Part shown: positions 54,688 to 64,000 of the stretch, piece after piece | How positions within the stretch are numbered: the stretch's first letter is position 1 | Layout of the letters: each line of letters begins with the position of its first letter | NCBI GenBank assembly: GCA_951406725.2 | Contig: OX597816.1 | Span: 67,518,001 to 67,582,000 of the forward strand | DNA from: Octopus vulgaris | Lineage: Eukaryota | DNA: 64,000 nt | Direction: 5' to 3' | Program-made: the position numbers and the translations under genes | Notes under the pieces: generated by a model | Databases searched by the model: none | Told to the model about the DNA's origin: nothing | Seen by the model: the letters and a program-made list of their open reading frames with translations, nothing else

Positions 54688-54750
<63 letters not shown>

Positions 54751-56513
54751 GTGTGATGACTTCTGATTTAGGCACAAGACCAGAAAATTTGAGGTGTAGG
54801 GTTTAACTGAAAATACAGACCCCAGTACTTAATACATACTTTACTTTATCGACCCTTAGAGATGAAAGGTAAAGTTGATCTCGGCGGAATTTGAACAAGT
54901 ACTGCGAAGTATCTATCCAACGTTCTACTGACTTCACCACACACTAACGACTCATTCATTTCGGCGCTACTGTTAATATTATATTTTGGATCCAGACATA
55001 AATTACAGATCCTACAAAGCTGTGTTCATCCAATATTTGGTTCCGAGACATGGGCATAACTTTTATAACTACTTCATGGACAGTAGTAACAAAAGCGAAG
55101 CAAAATGATTACAACTGATTATAAAGATAAGCTCAGAAGCTTACTTTTCTTGTGCTTAACTCGAGAATATGGGTGTCCTTGGAAATTTCATTTAGAAATA
55201 AATGGTTCGACTGTCACAAGATGGTCCACTGAGAAGGTGTAATAAAACCAATAGTTATATTGTCACGACTGAGGAGGCGTAATATAACCAAAACATTGCT
55301 TTCATCTTGGCTGTACATGCTAATGCATTCTTTGTGCATATTTATAGTTGCTGACAATGCTGTGTGGTTAAGAAGCTCACATTTAACTACGTGGTTTCTG
55401 GTTCTGACCGACAGTGTGGCACCTTGGGCAAGTGTCTTCTACTATAGCCCTGGGCCGACCAATGCCTTATGAGTGAATTTGGTACTTAACTTTAAAATAA
55501 GTGCAGGGGTAGATTTGTTCGACTGAACCCTTTAAAGCAGTGCCGAAGTATGGCCGCAGTCCGATGGTTGAAACACGTAGATGAAAGGATATAACCAAAA
55601 CATTCCAGGTATTTTATCGTCGACATGTAGTGGAATTGTGTCAGTGGCTAAGACACAGAAGTGTGACGAAATATTTTGATACTTCAAAATAAACTATTAA
55701 GAAACAAAAAGGGAATGTAACAGCTTCTGCGCATTCTTTATTGGCTAAAATGACACTTTCACTACGAAATATGCACACACACGTATGTGTGTGTTTGTCT
55801 GTGTGTATGTGTGTGTGTGCGGGCGTGTGTGTGCGCACATGTGTGTGTATGTGTGTGTGTGTGTACTGCGAATCAGTATATATACTTTTGTGTGTAACAC
55901 TTTTTAGCGTTTGAAGCCGTTGAATTTGCGCTATTTTATAAAATTTATTTTCTAAATCATTCGACACGAGCCTGAGTCATTCTGTTTATTTCTTGACTAT
56001 ATAAACACATGCATGTATATATGCATTTATATATACTGCTTGCATATATGTAAATATATACCTCTCTTTTACTTATGAAAGGTGAATGAACTATGAGACT
56101 GGGTTTTTAAACCTTAAGCCACAGTATCCTACATGGCTGACATTGGAGTCAAGGAGAAATTATTAAGTACTGAGTCACGATGCGGAAAGAAGAAAATGTC
56201 GTGGATATCGCTGAGGCGACTGAGGGGAGAACTGAGAGGGAACACTAAATCCTTTATGAATATCAAATAAAGATGTGTGTGATTAAATCTGGATTGATTG
56301 GACGGAAACTGCAAGAAATAAATAAAGAAAATACAGAAAATCGTATAATGAATTGAGCCAAACCTAACAAACGAAACAATGTTACTGGTTGGGTGATACT
56401 GTTGTCTGTTGACAAGATCACTTTTATTTTCACTTGACAATTGATAAAGGTGATGCCCTGCAGCTCAAGAGACACATAGAGCATAAATACTCGCACGTTT
56501 GTGTGTGAGTGTG

Positions 56514-56598
<85 letters not shown>

Positions 56599-56622
56599 TA
56601 GACAGACAGAATGATATACGCA

Positions 56623-56697
<75 letters not shown>

Positions 56698-56772
56698 GAG
56701 GATGGTATAGGCATGCGTGTGTGTGTACAAACATAAAGAACAGATATACTGGTGTGGTGGTCAGATCTTTAT

Positions 56773-56858
<86 letters not shown>

Positions 56859-57041
56859 GGATGGATGGATGGATGGTGATAATCAGGATGAAATATGGAA
56901 GCGATTAGTTAAGAATGAAAACTTAAAGAGAAAAACTTCTTGTGAGCCATATGGACCAGAATAATCTTAGTTTTGGCGTGGTCAAAGTCCAAAGGCTTTA
57001 ATCCCATGTTAATATTCATCTGGTCGCAAAAGTGATTGTAA

Positions 57042-57217
57042 ATATCACTGTGAGATAATGGACATTACAAACAAACAAAGAGGACAACAGCATACGAATT
57101 AGACGGAAAATAACAGGCAGATACATATATCACTGTGAGATAATGGACATTACAAACAAACAAAGAAGAGGACAACAGCATACGAATTAGACGGAAAATA
57201 ACAGGCAGATACATATA
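57042..57217. repeat. ~85-bp direct tandem duplication
   Basis: ATATCACTGTGAGATAATGG...GGCAGATACATATA at 57042 and 57127. Confidence 0.92.
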
Positions 57218-57397
57218 GCACGGTTCAACAAACAAGATTTTTTTTCAACTAGACATGGAAGACAACAACTTCACCAAAAAAGTACTAGCGCGAAGGAAAT
57301 TAAGAATATGACTTTCTTCTTCAAATGAACACACGTATATGAATACATACGCAAACACATACTCATAAATATGAGTGTTATGCATATATACTTATAC

Positions 57398-57438
<41 letters not shown>

Positions 57439-57444
57439 CTTATA

Positions 57445-57489
<45 letters not shown>

Positions 57490-57513
57490 TATATATATGT
57501 ATACTTATAAGTG

Positions 57514-57545
<32 letters not shown>

Positions 57546-57727
57546 TGTATATGTATATGTATATATATATGTGCACGTATTTATACATATGTGTGTGTGT
57601 GTGAGAAAGAGTGGGAGAGTATGAGTGCCGAACAGCGATTGACCACGTGATCTACTACATAGGTGTGTGTGTCTATGTGTGTAAAAGATAATAGCTATGC
57701 ATGTATGTATGTATGTATGTATGTATG

Positions 57728-57758
<31 letters not shown>

Positions 57759-58472
57759 GCTGTACGAAGAAGAACGATAAAATACGTGGTAAAATTTTTT
57801 AAAAATAAAGCAAAGCCTGAGATTTTTCTGTCTCTGACAAACATATCAGCACTACCAGAACAAAAGAAATGCATATATATTGAAATAAGAGCAAAAAAAT
57901 GATTTTTTATTACATATTTTGTGGGCCACAGTTTTTTACATAGTCTATAATATCTTAACTGAAACAACGTTACAAAGAAATAGTTTATGTTCATAAAAGT
58001 AGGCCTGTATGTACGATAACATTTAGATCGCTGTCGAAGTGGGGAGTTGCCCAAGTAATTTATTGCCTTCTCCCGGTCACGGTGAGGTAATTGAGTGTAT
58101 AATTAAAGTTGCGGTGCACATGCTTACACACACACATAAATTTTACACACACACACACACATATAAACTACATTATGGAAATATCTTATAAGAACGTAAA
58201 AAATACCCCGTTATGTTTGTTTCTCTTTCATTTCTTAACAGTACAGAAGTACAGCGTGTAGTGAATTGTCGAACTGTTTCGTCGCACATAATGCGACCTG
58301 GTCACTAACACAAACACACGCATGCAGGCACGCACACACGTGTGCGCGCGCAGACACACGCACGCACGCACGCACACAGGCGCGCGCACACATACATATG
58401 TTAACGCCAAACCACAGTACACAATTATCCACAAACAGTTTTTCTCTTTCATTCTCTCTCACGTGTGTGTGT

Positions 58473-58544
<72 letters not shown>

Positions 58545-59110
58545 GTGTATGTGTGGGTGTGTGCGTGTGTGTGTGCACGTACGTGAGTCATGCCTGCACC
58601 ACCGCTAACACTTCGAGTTGGTTTGTTTAACATCCCCGGTTCAGAAAAAGAGACCGATAGCACCACCTTAAAGAATTTTTAGTTGAATGAATCGATCCCA
58701 GTAGTTTTATTTTCGCTAAGCCTGGGGATTGTTCTATTGGTGTGTTTTGTCGAGCCACTAGGTTACGTGGACGCGAACACATTAACACTGGTGGTCAAGC
58801 GGTGGTGGGAGACAAACACAGATACAGACCGACAGACAGACAGATACACATACAATGTTTCCATCTACCAAATCCACTCACAAGGCTTTGGTCGGACCGA
58901 GTTAATAGTAGAAAACACTTGCCCAAGGTGCCACGCAGTGGGACTGAACCCGGGACCATGTGGTTGGGAGAAGATGTAAGACTCTGCTGTCTCTCTTTAG
59001 TTTTACTCCTGTCTACTTTTCCTCGATGAATTACTCTTTCCGAAATGTTGAATTTTCCACTCCCTGCGACAAGTTCGCTTTCCACTTTTTGTCGATTTTA
59101 ATATCATATA

Positions 59111-59160
<50 letters not shown>

Positions 59161-59611
59161 AAGACATGCACGCGCGCACATGCATATTTTTTTTACTCAA
59201 CTTCTGGCATTCAATACTTTATTCTCGTTCGTCATTATTAACCGCCATAAAATCATTTAAAAAAAAATATGTATACACTTTAGTAAGCAGTAAAGTATTT
59301 CTATGACTCCCACTTCTTTGGAAATCCATATCTTATCATATGCTTAAAAGTCCAGTAATATAGATTAGATTTCAAGTACCGAAACTTTCCTGCTGATGTT
59401 TAAATTATAAGATTATAATAAACTATGGTAAGAATTTTAGTGTCAATAAATAAATAGATTGAAAAAAAAAAGAAACGTTTATAACTTGCTACTCTCATTT
59501 CAATGTGTATTATGTAAATTATTTTTTGATGCAATGAAGGCGCTGACATCTTTGGTATATGGAAAAAAAATTCGCTGCTTTGCATGCCGCATATTTTACT
59601 CTTGATTCTAC

Positions 59612-59650
<39 letters not shown>

Positions 59651-59739
59651 ACCACCACCACGACCACCACCAACACCACCACGACCACCACGACCACCAC
59701 GACCACCACAACCACGACCACCACGACCACCACAACCAT

Positions 59740-60641
59740 GTCCAGTTGAGTTTGATGATAAGCTCCTTGAGGCATTACTTGAAGAAAATCCTGCATTATC
59801 AGTTGAAGAATTGGCAATAAAGCTTAGTTCAAACCATACAACTGTTCATCGCCATCTTCAACAACTTGGAAAGGTTCCTAAACTTCGAAAATGGGTGCCT
59901 CATGAATTGTCTGAAAGCAACCGCAAATCCCGAGTGGACATCTGCACTTCTCTCCATTCTCGCGAACTCATTTCACCCTTTTTGGATAGACTTGTGACTG
60001 GTGAGGAAAAGGGGATCTTCTATCGAAATGTTAAATGTAGTAAACAGTGGCTTGGTAAAAGGAAAAAAGCCCAAACACAACCGAGAAGGTAACTTCATGG
60101 GAAAATGGTTCTTCTCTCTATCTGGTGGGATTGCAAAGGAGTAATTCACTTTAAATTGTTACCACCTAATGCAACAATCAATGCTCAAGTCTACTGTCAG
60201 TAATTAGAGCGTTTGAACCAAGCTTTGAAGAAAAAAAGACCCGCTTTAGTGAATCGAAAATGAGTGATGTTTCATCAGGACAAAGCGCGACCCCACACTG
60301 TAAAGATCACATCACAGAAGATCGAAGAGCTTGGTTGGAAAAAAAAATTCCTCATCCACCTTATTCTCCCAACCTTGCCCCTTCTGTTTCATAGTTTATA
60401 GAATCATTTCGGGGACATAACTTTCGCAAGCCAGGCGGAGGTCGAAACTGACATTTCAGAGTTCTTCGCTTTGAAAACAAAAGAGTTTTACATTGATGGG
60501 ATTAAAAAGCTTGTAAATAGATGGAAGGAAGACATAGATAATCAGGGAAAGTACATTGATGATTAAATTTCAATTAAATATAACATTTGATCACTTGTTT
60601 TCTTTATTCAAAATTCGGACAGAATTTATGGGATGAGCTGA
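59740..60641 (+). mobile_element. Mariner, 5'-truncated, pseudogenised
   Basis: Translations PVEFDD..., WVPHEL, VTGEEK, FHQDKARPH and PHPPYSP. 3' TIR ...ATTTATGGGATGAGCTGA|TA. Confidence 0.9.
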
Positions 60642-60719
60642 TATATATATATATATAATCATTAAAATATATGTATATATTCGTATGGATATTTGGTAAA
60701 TGTATATAGATACAGATGC

Positions 60720-60770
<51 letters not shown>

Positions 60771-61138
60771 CATAAATATATATATTCTTTTACTTGTTTC
60801 AGCCATTTGACTGAGGCCATGCTGGAGTACCGCCCTGGACTTACTTTTTGTAAACCTGGTACTTATTCTATGGGTCTCTTCTGCCAAACTAACAAGTTAC
60901 GGGGACGTAAGCATATCAACATCAGTTGTTAAGCGATAATGGGACGACAAACACATATATACATATAGATATACAACGGGCTTCTAACAAATCCACTCAC
61001 AAGCCTCTGGTCGGCCCGAGGTTATAGTTTACATCATTCGCCCAAGGTGCCACGCAGTTGGACTGAACCCGAACCATGTCGTTGGGAAGTTGGCTTCTTA
61101 ACACACAGCCACTGTACACACACACACACACACACACA

Positions 61139-61174
<36 letters not shown>

Positions 61175-61309
61175 TATATAATCATAAAAATATATGTATA
61201 TTCGTATGGATATTTGGTAAATGTATATATAATACATATACACACGTGTGTGTGTATGCATATATAAGCGCATGTTTACTAATCCATACACGTACATAAA
61301 TCTACATAC

Positions 61310-61361
<52 letters not shown>

Positions 61362-61446
61362 CATATATATATATATACACATACAGATATATATATATAT
61401 GTACATATATTATACATACATATATACATATATACACATATAGATG

Positions 61447-61499
<53 letters not shown>

Positions 61500-61712
61500 C
61501 ACATACATACATGTATACAAACACACATATATATATATAGATACATACATATACATACATATATACATACACATATATATACATACATATATACATACAT
61601 ATACATATATACATATATAGATACATACATATACATACATATATACATACACATATATATATATACATACATATACATATATACATACATACATACATAC
61701 GTATATATACAT

Positions 61713-61743
<31 letters not shown>

Positions 61744-61876
61744 CATAAATGCGCACATATATATAAATATATGCACACATATATATACATACGTATATAA
61801 ATATATACATACATATGTATATATACACATACATACGTATGTATATACATACATATGTATATACATACATATGTAT
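61310..61876. repeat. (TA)n/(TACA)n microsatellite
   Basis: Read directly from the sequence. Confidence 0.95.
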
Positions 61877-61877
61877 A

Positions 61878-62070
61878 GGGAGAGTTTACGAAAAAAAAAA
61901 AAAAAAGACGAAGACAGGTGGTGTACAAAACAAACAGATGTATTAGTATAACGCTCAGGAATAGAAAAAGTCTTTTACGTTTCGAGCCTACGCTCTTCTG
62001 CAGAAAGGGACACAGAAAAAACAAGAAGAGAAAAAAATGTGTGTAGTGGCTAACGATCTATCATGGCGAC
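61878..62070 (-). mobile_element. ~190-bp short repeat with a variant hammerhead motif, copy 3
   Basis: Homologous to 2918-3112. Embedded in TA/TACA repeats. Confidence 0.72.
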
Positions 62071-62143
<73 letters not shown>

Positions 62144-62198
62144 CATGTATATATATATGCATACATGTATATATATATACATACATGTATATATATAT

Positions 62199-62245
<47 letters not shown>

Positions 62246-62787
62246 CATGTATGTATATATATACATATATATACATACATATATATATACATACACGTAT
62301 ACACACACATACACACACGCGCACACACATACACGCACACATAGATATTCAGTCACATTTATGCTCACAGCACACACATACATACACCCACCCACACATA
62401 TCCATACGAATGTTCTCAAACGCGTCATCGGTATATGCGTGACTTGTTTAAATTTTTACGAGGAAATTATAAATTATTTTTGAATGAATCTACTGACAAG
62501 TGACGTTGTCACCTCCGTTAAGTATGACCGTAAGAAAATGTTGCAACTCCTTATTGCCAGATTTAAACTTCCAGTTTTTATGAAGACATGGAAATTAGTC
62601 TCAAATCTTTTTATGGTGTACAAACAATTTATGAAATATTTTGTTTTCATTTGTAAAACGTTGAATCGCCTGATGTGTGAGAAAGAGAAAAATAAACATA
62701 CCATCAAGAGCTTAAACGAACTTACCCTACCTGATAGAAACAGCAACGAGATTTCGCTTAAATCCGACCTTGTAATATACTTTAGAC

Positions 62788-63178
62788 CAGGGGTTCTCAA
62801 CTAATTTTTAATCTAGGGACCTCGTTGGCCACTATTTTACTCTGGTGGAATCCCATAGCCATTCAATGTTCAAAAACCAGTTTTATAGAAACTTCTTTCA
62901 AAATTCCGATTCTGCTTTTCATGCATTAACTTATGTAGGTTGGACCCTGTAAAACTTGAGAGCAAGAAGCGCCCGGGAGGACGGCCATATTAGCTACACT
63001 AGAAAAAGAAACTTAGTTGTTACTTGCAATATATACCAATACATACATCTAAAGAAAGAGGTTTTCACTGACCCTTAAATACTATTGTGGATCCTCAATT
63101 TACAATTTTGTTGCATAGACCAATAAAAATCTTACATGGGCCCTCAGGAGCCACATGTATCCCGGTTGAGAACCCCTG
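62788..63178. mobile_element. hAT MITE
   Basis: Perfect TIRs CAGGGGTTCTCAAC / GTTGAGAACCCCTG. 8-bp TSD CTTTAGAC / CTTTAGGC. Confidence 0.92.
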
Positions 63179-63599
63179 CTTTAGGCAGAAAAATCTTAAG
63201 TTTTTGTAGAAGACAGAAAGATGAAGTTCACGAGGATATGGTAAGGCTCATTTGATCATAAGTGTATTCGAACAACAACAAAAATATGGCGATTTGTTGA
63301 ATATTCAAGGTTTATTGATTATTACACAAAGTGGTTGATGGTTGGCTGGGAAGTTTAGTCTTCCTAAAAGGAGGGAAACGAAATTGAGCTGGAAGTGGTG
63401 ACAAAGAAACTCCATAATTTAATTAACAAATTCCAGTGAAATACCGTAATTTCGTTAACAGAACCCCCTGATCATATTGTGTCTACAGGCACCTATATCT
63501 TCTAGCGATATTTTAAGCATTTTTAAAATAGTAACTGAAGTATAGCTGCTCCAACGTACTATATACTCAACAACGAACACCATTGAAAAATCAATTCCG

Positions 63600-63632
<33 letters not shown>

Positions 63633-64000
63633 TACAGGATACATGAGAGCCAGGATATATGAGCCAGGATCTCAGGATATATGAGAGCCAACACAGTTCC
63701 ATTTGATACAATAATCTTGCAAAACCAGTGAGTTGCGTATAAAGAATTGATGGGAGTTGTTCTGCGTGGAGTCAAGTCTTACAAAAAAAAAAAAAAAAAG
63801 AAAAAGGCATTTAACTCCGCTTGCATTAATATACTTTCTATACACTATTTTCATGTTATATGAAATATATGTACGTCCTGTACATCATTTTCATGCTATG
63901 TACATATGAAATTTAGGGGCTTTTAATGCATTGATGAATTAGTTCTTGCAGGATTAATTTCATACGGTTGTTTGGGATGTAGTGATTACCCATAATCCAT

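Noticed and set aside
56299-56320. miR-184-like TGGACGGA
   Set aside because: Only the seed matches and there is no hairpin.
62474-62804. Overlapping ~107-aa ORFs on both strands
   Set aside because: No recognisable domain or splice context, and they run into a hAT MITE terminus.

Overview
Eukaryotic, very AT-rich and repeat-dense DNA. The SINE families and the huge (TA)n/(CA)n/(GA)n/(TAGA)n tracts look like an Octopus-type cephalopod genome; this is an inference from repeat style and no search was run. I cannot support any intact host protein-coding gene, so the window looks intronic or intergenic, and almost all long ORFs in the track are microsatellite or transposon artefacts. It contains tRNA-derived SINEs (several with clean target-site duplications), decayed Tc1/mariner and hAT transposons and MITEs, Helitron/Helentron-type non-autonomous elements, and LINE fragments (CR1/L2-like, Hero, L1/Tx1, RTE, Penelope). 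Highlights: (1) a minimal type-I hammerhead ribozyme with a complete catalytic core at 25832-25874; (2) three copies of a ~190-bp element lying in TA/CA microsatellites that carries a variant hammerhead; (3) tRNA-like SINE heads joined to at least five unrelated 3' modules, one of them strongly structured; (4) SINE dimers/trimers bounded by a single TSD; (5) a cryptic ~65-bp minisatellite; (6) several local inverted duplications that could form dsRNA; (7) weak, unproven exon candidates. Boundaries without a quoted TSD or TIR are approximate.
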